Shown piece by piece: positions 9,362-17,963 of a DNA stretch of 38,432 nucleotides. The stretch is from positions 1-38,432 of the IMG/VR virus record IMGVR_UViG_3300008005_000036; one strand, given 5' to 3'. Position 1 is the first letter of the stretch; each line of letters begins with the position of its first letter. This DNA comes from a virus (taxonomy: Duplodnaviria > Caudoviricetes). Under the pieces are notes generated by a model that saw nothing but the letters and a program-made list of their open reading frames with translations, was not told the origin of the DNA and did not search any database. Both the position numbers and the translations under genes were made by a program.

Positions 9362-9790
9362 ATGCATACGTCAGTAAGTGTTATTGATTATTTGAATGAT
9401 AGAAAAATATTTTTAGTTTTTATTGAAGAAGATTTTAATTCAATAAAAGAAGTTTGGAATAAACGCAATAGTTTTGATCAAGAGTTTAAAAATATTACAA
9501 ACATACGACACAATAAAATGTCATCGGTGTGTTTGATAGATTGGAAGTTATTAATTATTCAAATTTTAAAGGTAGTGTTACAATTGCCATCTTTTGAACA
9601 TAATAATATAGAAAATCCAAACATTAAGAATATGCATAATATTTTGGTTGGGTTTTGTTACAAGTATAAATTAGAAACCGGAAATAATTTGGATTATTTG
9701 CAGATATCTAATTTTAAGGATAATGAATATTCTTTTAATATCACATCTTCTGATTTAACTCTTACTACGGATATATCTAATGAAACTTAA
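9362..9790 (+). CDS. Hypothetical protein
   Basis: 142-aa ORF in the operon, overlapping the next gene. Confidence 0.6.
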   Translation: MHTSVSVIDYLNDRKIFLVFIEEDFNSIKEVWNKRNSFDQEFKNITNIRHNKMSSVCLIDWKLLIIQILKVVLQLPSFEHNNIENPNIKNMHNILVGFCYKYKLETGNNLDYLQISNFKDNEYSFNITSSDLTLTTDISNET

Positions 9791-10376
9791 TATGGATATT
9801 GATATTGATTTCAAAAATCGAGAAGATATATTATCTATATTACCGCATACTCCGGCTGTCGCTATACGTGACAATGGCAAAATTGATAAACATAATTCTG
9901 GAGTTTATTTTCAAAATATCCCAATTGATCCTGAAACTGAATTTTCTTCAATAGATTATAAAAATGCAGAAATAGTAGGATATATGAAGTTTGATTTCAT
10001 TAATAATCATTTATATAACTTGGTTAGAGATTCTGATCATTTGAATACATTAATTGAAAAAGAACCCGATTGGGATTTATTCACATATCCAGAAATTGTG
10101 GCTAACCTTCATCAATTAAGTAATCATACAGAAATTACAAAAAATTTTAAACCAACCAATTTAGACGAATTGGCCGCATTAATTGCTCTTATACGGCCTG
10201 GTAAGAGTTATTTAAGAACAGAACCAAAAGAAATCATAATGCAAAAAATTTGGTTAAAAGAGGATGATGATACATACACCTTTAAAAAGAGTCACAGTTA
10301 TGCTTATGCATTGTCTTTAATTGTACAACTGAATGCGTTGGTAGAACAGTTAACGGATATAAATAATGAAGTATAA
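9780..10376 (+). CDS. Miniature DNA polymerase III alpha (DnaE)-like catalytic core
   Basis: DIDIDF, HNSGVY, GYMKFDF, LIALIRPG and FKKSHSYAY match DnaE PDFDVDF, HAGGVV, KFDFL, ALFRPG and FNKSHSAAY. Confidence 0.85.
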   Translation: MKLNMDIDIDFKNREDILSILPHTPAVAIRDNGKIDKHNSGVYFQNIPIDPETEFSSIDYKNAEIVGYMKFDFINNHLYNLVRDSDHLNTLIEKEPDWDLFTYPEIVANLHQLSNHTEITKNFKPTNLDELAALIALIRPGKSYLRTEPKEIIMQKIWLKEDDDTYTFKKSHSYAYALSLIVQLNALVEQLTDINNEV

Positions 10377-10776
10377 AATTACTTCAAAAACTCATAGTTA
10401 TTCATTAATAGTGGACTCATCGGCTTCTTATGATACCACGTATTATTTAATATCTAATATTTTTGTACACGGACTTTTTTTAGATAGAATTATTGTTGGT
10501 TATGCTGATGTTTCTGAAATAAACATGAATGCTAACCGATTTATAAATTTTACTAGAATTAAACAGGAACATGAAGTTCAAATGGTTGTTGCGCCGGAAT
10601 TAACTGAAACATTAAAATCAACAGAAAAATATTTAAATTTTATTAAAAATACGATTCATAACAAATGGAATTTAACCGTTTGGGTTACTAGTTTTGATAG
10701 TGAGGGGAAAACTATTTATGATTTTGGTTTTGAGAATAGAAAAGAAGCAGTAATGTTTAAATTGGCATGTAGTTAA
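10366..10776 (+). CDS. Hypothetical protein
   Basis: Coupled ORF ending FGFENRKEAVMFKL. Confidence 0.65.
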   Translation: MKYKITSKTHSYSLIVDSSASYDTTYYLISNIFVHGLFLDRIIVGYADVSEINMNANRFINFTRIKQEHEVQMVVAPELTETLKSTEKYLNFIKNTIHNKWNLTVWVTSFDSEGKTIYDFGFENRKEAVMFKLACS

Positions 10777-11144
10777 ATCTTTATTATTAATTCTATACTT
10801 TTTCTTTTAATTCGTTTGTTTATTTGGTCATTCAATGAAGTAACGGGGCCTTGTAATACATCAAAATCTTTTCTACTAAAGCCTTTTAAGTATGGCTTAA
10901 ACATTTTGAATTGATCTTTTAAGAAAATGTTGATGGGCAACATTCTATTACTCTCCCACCACCATATATCTCCTAATTCTAAAAATCGTTTGCGCATGTT
11001 CTCATCATGAATAAGATTGTATACATACATATTCAGGAATTGATTATCTGCATGTTGGACTATGCCCATATAATCTTCGTTCAAATATGTTCCGAAGGTT
11101 AAAAACGGAAAATGTTCTTTAAATTTTTCTATCCAATCGTTCAT
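10773..11144 (-). CDS. Hypothetical protein (WWWESNR motif), late-expressed
   Basis: AGGA RBS and a minus-strand TATAAATA at 11168-11175; convergent with the previous gene. Confidence 0.75.
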   Translation of the reverse strand: MNDWIEKFKEHFPFLTFGTYLNEDYMGIVQHADNQFLNMYVYNLIHDENMRKRFLELGDIWWWESNRMLPINIFLKDQFKMFKPYLKGFSRKDFDVLQGPVTSLNDQINKRIKRKSIELIIKI

Positions 11145-11167
11145 TTAATGTCCTATATAGTTCTTTT

Positions 11168-11205
11168 TATTTATATATCAATGTTTTACTTCACAGACAT
11201 AAATA
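11168..11205. promoter_or_regulatory. Divergent late promoters
   Basis: TATAAATA on the minus strand at 11168-11175 and CATAAATA on the plus strand at 11198-11205. Confidence 0.65.
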
Positions 11206-11235
11206 TTATTTATTATATTTAAATCAGGAATAAAA

Positions 11236-12045
11236 ATGGCTACTAAAAATGCTTATTTTGTTAGAAAAATAGCTTGGGTAACTTTATCAAATCAAGGAGT
11301 TGGAAACGTGAATTTGGGATGGGGTGATGCAGATTTTGTAGTTTATAAGGGCGCTTTTTCTAATTTAGAATTTGTTGTGCGAGATGTTGATAGAAAAGGT
11401 GTTAAATTAATAGGTAAACGGGTATTTGCCACTTTAATTAATAACAATACCAATGAGTTATATTTGGAACGCGAACTTGAAATAATTAATCCCATAGAAG
11501 GCAGATGCAAATTGGTGCTGACTCCCGGTGATTTAATTGAGTGGCAATTAGGCTCAATACGATACAGTTTAACGATTAAAGATGTAGATAGTAATGAATT
11601 TAATTATCTGTATAATGATTTAAATCAAGAAGCAATAGGATACATTGAAATACGTGACAGAGCAAGTCCGAACCCAAATAATATTATTGTATTAGATAAA
11701 TTCACCCCAGTTGAACGTGCATTTGGTCAGCCCCCCACATTTCATACAGGAAGTATTCCTGGGCCAGGACAATTAAGTTATAGTAATTCAATGTTGACAT
11801 TTGCTGTTTATTTAGAAGATTATACTGGTAGTTTTTTTGTTGAAGCAACACTTGATCCCGTTTCCGATGGGGACGATACCAATTGGTTTAAATTAGAATT
11901 ATTTCCAAATGGTGAAATAATCAGCTTCAATAGCATAAATGGAATAGAACCATATAATTTAATGGGTGAATATCAATGGATCCGATTTGGGTATTACCAA
12001 GATGTTGGTGAAATTGGTACCATTAAAAAAATATTAGTAAATTAA
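11236..12045 (+). CDS. Probable virion structural protein (BppU-like Ig N-terminal domain)
   Basis: VYKG...LEFVVRDVDRK...GRCKLVLT...YSL beta-sandwich pattern; late promoter. Confidence 0.55.
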   Translation: MATKNAYFVRKIAWVTLSNQGVGNVNLGWGDADFVVYKGAFSNLEFVVRDVDRKGVKLIGKRVFATLINNNTNELYLERELEIINPIEGRCKLVLTPGDLIEWQLGSIRYSLTIKDVDSNEFNYLYNDLNQEAIGYIEIRDRASPNPNNIIVLDKFTPVERAFGQPPTFHTGSIPGPGQLSYSNSMLTFAVYLEDYTGSFFVEATLDPVSDGDDTNWFKLELFPNGEIISFNSINGIEPYNLMGEYQWIRFGYYQDVGEIGTIKKILVN

Positions 12046-12072
12046 TAATATCTATATATATTCACAGAATTA

Positions 12073-12101
12073 TAGACATAAATATCATCAATCTATATAT
12101 T
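12073..12101 (+). promoter_or_regulatory. Sigma70-like promoter overlapping a late-type CATAAATA
   Basis: TAGACA-17 bp-TATATT; CATAAATA at 12077-12084; strong AGGAGG RBS downstream. Confidence 0.5.
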
Positions 12102-12126
12102 GTAATAGTAATAGGAGGATATATTT

Positions 12127-13809
12127 ATGAGTTCTGCAAAAATCAAACGACCAAAATATTATGTAGATTTTAATTCACAATATAATTCGGAATGGGCCAA
12201 GTTTTTCCCCGCCATATCTGAAATGTATACCGCATATATGGTTGATGATACAGCCCGCGGACCAACCGGGCAATTCAATAAAGAAGATTTAAATTTTTTC
12301 AATCCCGATAATAGATTGATGCATTTGCCGTGGGGATTATATTCTGCAGGTCAAGCAGCTAAAAATGATAAATTTGCAGCTCAGCAGGATATGGTAACAG
12401 GTCGAGATAGATCTTGGAATAATATGGTAATCGGTGATTCTGGCGGATTTCAAATAGAAACTGGCACTATTAAATGGGAAGGCAAAAAAACAACCGAGCG
12501 TATGCTTAGGTGGCTAGAAGCTAATTGTCGTTGGAGTATGATATTAGACTTTCCAACGGGTAGTTTGGACAGGCGCGGTCACGATACGTTTTATGAAGAA
12601 TTTATGTATGATGAAAATGATAAACAACTCTTTGAAGAAATAATTGTTAATGGAAAGAAAAAGAAACAACCAAAAATTTTAAAGCATCCTTTGGATTTTT
12701 GGTTTTGTTTGGATAGAACCAGAGAAAATAATGATTATTTTATTCAAAATAGAATTCCAGGTAAAACTAAATTTTTAAATGTTTTGCAAGGCAGATACCA
12801 TGATTTCTCTCTTGATGAACAAGAAATTTTAGATTTAGATTTTGCTAATTTGGCAAGAGACGAACAGCGGCGATTATTGGCCACACATAAAATAAGTGAG
12901 GTTGATGCTTGGTATTATTTAACTAAACAATACTCAACTGATTTTGGTGACAGAAGTTTTGAAGGATGGGCTTTAGCTGGTAATCACAAACACAATTTTG
13001 ATTTAACGTTAAGACGAATTGTAATAATGCTATATGATGGATTATTATCCGATAAACCCTGGATTCACTTTTTGGGTATGGGGCAGGCAGCACATTCCTG
13101 CATTTATACTCTAATACAAAAGGGTATACGAGATCATAAAATGGGCGATAAAAATTTAACTATCAGCCATGATGCGAGTTCGGCGTTTAGTTCGGCCGGC
13201 GCATACGCATTAGTTTATCATAATAGAAAATTAGATAATACCGGGTGGAGTTTGCAGTTTGACCAATTGCCTGACGGAAATCATTTGATAGGGAGTTCTA
13301 ATCCTTGGATAACCAAAAATCATGGAACAGATTTGCGCGATACTGGTTCGCCAATCGCACAATTCATGACAATGGGTGATTTGTGCGTAAATAAAAGTGC
13401 CGACCCCAATCCGCAAAAACAGAGAACTTTTGACAAAGCAAGCTACGCATATTTGATGCACCATAATACATATGTCTTGCAGCAAGCTATTATAGATGCA
13501 CAGAAAATATTTGAACAACCGGAAGAACGTAGTAAAGATTTGATTCCGCTAAATGTTTTGCGAGTAAAACATGTTGTTCAAGAAGTGTTTGCTCAAGAAA
13601 CCAAGGAAAAAATGTTAGAAGTAATTAGGAAAAACACCAATACTTTGCGATTAATGGCTGATACAGATGCGGATATTAGTATGTTTGAAAGTCCTGAACT
13701 ATTTGAAGTTGATAGAAAACGTTGGGTAAAACCATCCGGTAAAGCAAAAAAAGACGTTAATGACAACATAACAGATTGTTTGGATGATGATAGTTTATTT
13801 GAAATCTAA
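12127..13809 (+). CDS. TGT-fold base-exchange transglycosylase (DpdA-like / queuine tRNA-ribosyltransferase-like)
   Basis: GDSGGFQ, ILDFP, NVLQG, GWAL, IHFLG, HDASS and HN motifs in TGT order. Confidence 0.8.
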   Translation: MSSAKIKRPKYYVDFNSQYNSEWAKFFPAISEMYTAYMVDDTARGPTGQFNKEDLNFFNPDNRLMHLPWGLYSAGQAAKNDKFAAQQDMVTGRDRSWNNMVIGDSGGFQIETGTIKWEGKKTTERMLRWLEANCRWSMILDFPTGSLDRRGHDTFYEEFMYDENDKQLFEEIIVNGKKKKQPKILKHPLDFWFCLDRTRENNDYFIQNRIPGKTKFLNVLQGRYHDFSLDEQEILDLDFANLARDEQRRLLATHKISEVDAWYYLTKQYSTDFGDRSFEGWALAGNHKHNFDLTLRRIVIMLYDGLLSDKPWIHFLGMGQAAHSCIYTLIQKGIRDHKMGDKNLTISHDASSAFSSAGAYALVYHNRKLDNTGWSLQFDQLPDGNHLIGSSNPWITKNHGTDLRDTGSPIAQFMTMGDLCVNKSADPNPQKQRTFDKASYAYLMHHNTYVLQQAIIDAQKIFEQPEERSKDLIPLNVLRVKHVVQEVFAQETKEKMLEVIRKNTNTLRLMADTDADISMFESPELFEVDRKRWVKPSGKAKKDVNDNITDCLDDDSLFEI

Positions 13810-13811
13810 TC

Positions 13812-14885
13812 ATGCTAATAGATAAAATTAATTCTCTACTAATAGGAAAATCAAGAATAACGCCATCCGGGTGGGTTAGTATTAACTGCCCGGCTTGCGT
13901 TTACAATGGTGAACCGTCCCCCGATACACGTTTTCGTGGTGGATTAAAAATTAACATGGATGGGGCAGTAACATACAATTGCCATCGGTGTCATTTCAAA
14001 GCTCATTGGAGACCTGGATTATATCTAGGCAGAAAAATGCAGTTATTTTTAAACTATTTGAATATGGATTATTCTGAAATAGAAAAACTAACATTTGATA
14101 TTTGGCGAGAAAATCAATTAATTACAGCAAATCCAACTATTTTTACGCAAATAGAACCAACATTTTTTAATAAATCATTTGCAGAAGTTGAATTACCAAC
14201 CAATGCTCGCCCCATATATGAATTATTAGAAAATAATTTTTCTAATAAGGATTTTTTAGATTCTATTAATTATCTAATAGAAAATCGAGGATCTATAATA
14301 GCCAAAAGTTATGATTATTATTGGTCTCCGGAAAAGAAAAATGGTATCAATAGAAGTTTATTAATACCATTTTATTATGAAGATAAAATAGTGGGCTGGT
14401 CTGCGAGAAGAATTGATAAAACAAAGGTTCGATATTATTCTAGCACCCCGGCTGACTATATTTTTATGAATCATAATTTAAGTAAAAAGAATAGAAAATA
14501 TGTTATACTAGTTGAAGGAGTTTTTGATTCTATTGCAATAGATGGGGTGGCAGCTCTTGGGGGATCATTAAATAAAAAACAGATAAATTGGATCAATGGC
14601 TCGGGCAAAGAAATAATTGTTGTTCCAGATAGATCAAAAGACGCCAGCACATTGATAGAAACCGCAATAGATCAGAATTGGTATGTCAGTATTCCTCCCA
14701 GGAATGATGCTCCTAGTTATACCGACGACGGAACAATAAATATTTGGAGTTGGCATAGTGACGTTAAAGATGCCGCAGATGCAGTTAAGAAATATGGTCG
14801 GTTATTTACTGTTCAAAGTATTATAGAAAATAAAACTAAAGATAAAATAAAAATACAATTATACAAAACAATGTTTATGAAGTAG
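13812..14885 (+). CDS. DNA primase (T4 gp61/DnaG-like)
   Basis: Zn ribbon CPAC...CHRC, LIPF...GWSAR, TOPRIM VEGVFD, VPDR and KDAAD. Confidence 0.9.
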   Translation: MLIDKINSLLIGKSRITPSGWVSINCPACVYNGEPSPDTRFRGGLKINMDGAVTYNCHRCHFKAHWRPGLYLGRKMQLFLNYLNMDYSEIEKLTFDIWRENQLITANPTIFTQIEPTFFNKSFAEVELPTNARPIYELLENNFSNKDFLDSINYLIENRGSIIAKSYDYYWSPEKKNGINRSLLIPFYYEDKIVGWSARRIDKTKVRYYSSTPADYIFMNHNLSKKNRKYVILVEGVFDSIAIDGVAALGGSLNKKQINWINGSGKEIIVVPDRSKDASTLIETAIDQNWYVSIPPRNDAPSYTDDGTINIWSWHSDVKDAADAVKKYGRLFTVQSIIENKTKDKIKIQLYKTMFMK

Positions 14886-14892
14886 GTGATAG

Positions 14893-16305
14893 ATGAGTGA
14901 ATATGGGTTAGAAAAACAAAAATTATACATTAGTTATTTAATGAGGGATTCTGAAACGTTTGTTAGATGTATGAATATTATTAAACCAGAATATTTTAAT
15001 CAGGAACTTAGAAATACGGTTAAATTTATTATGGATTATACTGAACAGTATAAGAATTTACCAAATAGAACACTAATTAATACCGAAACAAACGCCAGCT
15101 ATTCCTTGGAAATGATAGATAAAGCGACCGAAAAAGAAATAGTTGATTTAAAAGAATGGTTTTTAGATGATTTTGAAAAATTCTGTAAAAAACAGGCCTT
15201 AACTAAGGAAATTTTGAATGCTGCAACAGCTCTTGAAAAGGGAGAATATGACGGAATAGACACCAAAATTAAAGAAGCTTTATTAATAAGTCTTAATAAA
15301 GAATTAGGCACTGATTATTTTGAAGATCCCAAGGGTAGGCTTTCAACTCTTTTAAACAACAACCAAATGACCCCGACGGGTTGGAAAGATGTTGATGATA
15401 AATTGTATGGCGGCATGAATAGGGGTGAAATAACTATTTTCGCCGGCAACTCGGGCATGGGGAAAAGTTTGTTTTTACAAAATTTAACACTTAACTGGGC
15501 CATGCAAAAAAAGAATGTAATTTATTTTACTTTTGAATTAAGTGAAGTTTTAACTTCCATGAGATTAGATGCAATGTTGGCCGGTATGGGAACCCGAGAT
15601 GTAATCAAAAACTTAGACAGTGTTCATCATATTGTTAAGGGAAAGCAGGAAAAATATGGATCAATACAGATCAAGTATATGAGCCCCGGACATTCTGCGA
15701 ATGATTTACGAGCATATTTAAAAGAATATCAAATACAAACGGGAGTTAAACCAGATGGGGTAGCAATAGATTATTTAGATTTAATGCATCCCAATAATAA
15801 AAAAATCAACCCATCTGATATGTTTATTAAAGACAAATATGTAACAGAAGAATTGCGTGGGTTAGCAGCAGAAGAAGGATTATTATGCGCGACGGCTAGC
15901 CAGTTAAACAGAGGCGCGGTAGATGAACAAGTTCACCAAATAAATGATATCGCTGGCGGGTTGTCTAAAATTAATACTGCTGATAATGTGGTAACAATTT
16001 ATACTAGCCCGCCTATGCGTGAACGTGGCGAGTATCGATTACAGTTTATTAAAACACGTAGTTCTGCAGGTGTTGGTACCACAATAACTTTACGATTCGA
16101 TCAAATAAGTCTTAGGATAACTGATAATGATGAAAATGGTGAACCTGTGAAAACTACCACTTCTATACAGGAACAACTACAAGCTAAATTGAAAAATAAA
16201 AAGGTCAACACAGAATTAACCGAAAATATCGTCCCCGATACAACAGACAATGTTAAACCAAAACCAAATTCTTTAGCCATATTAAATAAAATCAAAAAAG
16301 TATAA
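14893..16305 (+). CDS. Replicative DnaB-family helicase (T4 gp41-like)
   Basis: Walker A GNSGMGKS, FELSE, IDYLDL, TASQLNR, KTR. Confidence 0.93.
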   Translation: MSEYGLEKQKLYISYLMRDSETFVRCMNIIKPEYFNQELRNTVKFIMDYTEQYKNLPNRTLINTETNASYSLEMIDKATEKEIVDLKEWFLDDFEKFCKKQALTKEILNAATALEKGEYDGIDTKIKEALLISLNKELGTDYFEDPKGRLSTLLNNNQMTPTGWKDVDDKLYGGMNRGEITIFAGNSGMGKSLFLQNLTLNWAMQKKNVIYFTFELSEVLTSMRLDAMLAGMGTRDVIKNLDSVHHIVKGKQEKYGSIQIKYMSPGHSANDLRAYLKEYQIQTGVKPDGVAIDYLDLMHPNNKKINPSDMFIKDKYVTEELRGLAAEEGLLCATASQLNRGAVDEQVHQINDIAGGLSKINTADNVVTIYTSPPMRERGEYRLQFIKTRSSAGVGTTITLRFDQISLRITDNDENGEPVKTTTSIQEQLQAKLKNKKVNTELTENIVPDTTDNVKPKPNSLAILNKIKKV

Positions 16306-16308
16306 ATA
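16301..16308 (+). promoter_or_regulatory. T4-type late promoter TATAAATA opening the head-protein cluster
   Basis: Exact consensus overlapping the helicase stop codon. Confidence 0.7.
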
Positions 16309-16331
16309 TACAATAAATTGATAGGCGAAAT

Positions 16332-16628
16332 ATGAGCAATCACTTAGATGAGATGAAGTTTTTTTTGGAAGTGGCAAAGTCTTACGCAACAAATACTCTT
16401 CTTGAAAGTTATGTGGTACCGGTTACGATAGAAAAACCAACAGAAATTTCTGAACAAGTTCTTGAAGAACGTTTTATACAAGATCTGGTGGATTTGAAAG
16501 AATCTTGGTTATCATTAAATTCTACTAATGATAATCAAAATTACGCTATGGGTTATGAGCAAGGATTGTATAAAGCTGTTGAAATGCTAGAAAATTTACT
16601 TTCCTCTAAATACAACAGGAGAATTTGA
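16332..16628 (+). CDS. Hypothetical protein, probable head-associated
   Basis: First ORF after the late promoter; LLE/LKE motifs. Confidence 0.65.
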   Translation: MSNHLDEMKFFLEVAKSYATNTLLESYVVPVTIEKPTEISEQVLEERFIQDLVDLKESWLSLNSTNDNQNYAMGYEQGLYKAVEMLENLLSSKYNRRI

Positions 16629-16888
16629 TGTTTATTAAACCTGCAAAAACATTTATTGAGGAAATAGATTCTTTTATACCTGCAAAAAACAGAGATAAAG
16701 TTATAGAAGTAAGAGCTAATAATGTTATTGGCGCCGCGATTAATATTATTAAACTATTGGAAGAACATTATTCCGAGGAAGAAGTGGTTGATTTAACGAA
16801 AAAATTTTTATTAGCGATTAAAACCAAAGAAAGTAAAAAATTTACAAATAAACTAAGAATGTTAACGGAATCAAGGAAGAAAAAATGA
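16628..16888 (+). CDS. Hypothetical protein
   Basis: TGATG coupling with the upstream gene; helical. Confidence 0.7.
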   Translation: MFIKPAKTFIEEIDSFIPAKNRDKVIEVRANNVIGAAINIIKLLEEHYSEEEVVDLTKKFLLAIKTKESKKFTNKLRMLTESRKKK

Positions 16889-17961
16889 ATAACAGTGATA
16901 TGCGAAAATTCCTAAATTTAATAGAAAGCAACAATCTTGAGTCTGATAAATCGTTTTTGGAAGAATGCATGGATGACGATGCTAAGACTTGGTATATCAA
17001 TGCAACCAACACAATGGTTTCTAGAATTCGTGGAGGAGAATATCCAATAGATGTTATTAATGAACTTGCTAGAGAATATTCTTGGACAAACGCCGGATCG
17101 TATGAATCGTTTGCTTTTGCTAGAGATGCTCTAGATAGAAGAGCGTGGGAAATGGGCCTACGATATACAGATGAAGTCGATATAAGAAATAATATGGATA
17201 CTCAAAGTTACCATGATACTATTATTACTCCACAGGTTACAGAAAGCGAAGATGATCCTGTATTTGAGGAAATGATTAATGAAGCTGGGTTATTATCAAA
17301 AATAATAGATAGAATAGCGCCGGGGTATACGTCTAAATTAGAAAGTAATGCAGAATTTAAAAAACTTGCAAAAAATGCATATAATGATTTTAGTAGACGG
17401 TTTAGCTTTGGTGATGGTAGAAATATGACATTAGCTAACGCTGTCAAGCATTTAAAACAAGCAGATATTCATCCGGCATTTGTTGATAAAGTCACCAAAG
17501 AGTTTTTACGAAAATTCCCACAAGCCAAAGCCGAAACGTTTGATAAACGCACCGCTCAAGCGTTTTTTATAGCTATTGCTGCTGAAATTATGCTAGAAGG
17601 CGGAAAATACGCTGTTTCTGTAGATGAATATAAGCCCGAAGTTGGGGACGACACTTTAAATAAAAAACCTGAAGATATTAATAAAGATACAGATAATACA
17701 GATAATACAGATAATACAGATAATACAGATAATACAAATGTGAATAATAAAAAATTATTAAAAATAAAAACTGTAGATGATGCACTTACTTTGGCGCAAA
17801 AGGCCATGTCTGGTGACATATCATTCTCACCAGAAGAATTGCATGATATAGGATTATTATTACAACGTTATGCTATCCCCAGTATCAATGCAAAAAAAGC
17901 CGCCGGCAGAGATCGAGGGCCGGCATTACGCGGACCAGTTCGAGATAGAAATAGGACATAA
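16885..17961 (+). CDS. Hypothetical protein, probable internal head protein, with a (DNT)5 repeat
   Basis: MRKFLNLIE N-terminus; multiple LE/VTE/INE sites; ATGA coupling. Confidence 0.65.
   Translation: MNNSDMRKFLNLIESNNLESDKSFLEECMDDDAKTWYINATNTMVSRIRGGEYPIDVINELAREYSWTNAGSYESFAFARDALDRRAWEMGLRYTDEVDIRNNMDTQSYHDTIITPQVTESEDDPVFEEMINEAGLLSKIIDRIAPGYTSKLESNAEFKKLAKNAYNDFSRRFSFGDGRNMTLANAVKHLKQADIHPAFVDKVTKEFLRKFPQAKAETFDKRTAQAFFIAIAAEIMLEGGKYAVSVDEYKPEVGDDTLNKKPEDINKDTDNTDNTDNTDNTDNTNVNNKKLLKIKTVDDALTLAQKAMSGDISFSPEELHDIGLLLQRYAIPSINAKKAAGRDRGPALRGPVRDRNRT
17692..17736 (+). repeat. In-frame 9-bp tandem repeat (GATAATACA)5
   Basis: Five perfect copies encoding Asp-Asn-Thr. Confidence 0.95.
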
Positions 17962-17963
17962 TA

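Noticed and set aside
9780-10376. dnaE pseudogene fragment
   Set aside because: Motifs from widely separated parts of DnaE are retained in frame with internal deletions, and flanking ORFs show no DnaE remnants.
1194-16305. Inteins or introns in uvsX, uvsW, primase or helicase
   Set aside because: Lengths are normal, motifs are contiguous, and no intein-type splice junctions are seen.
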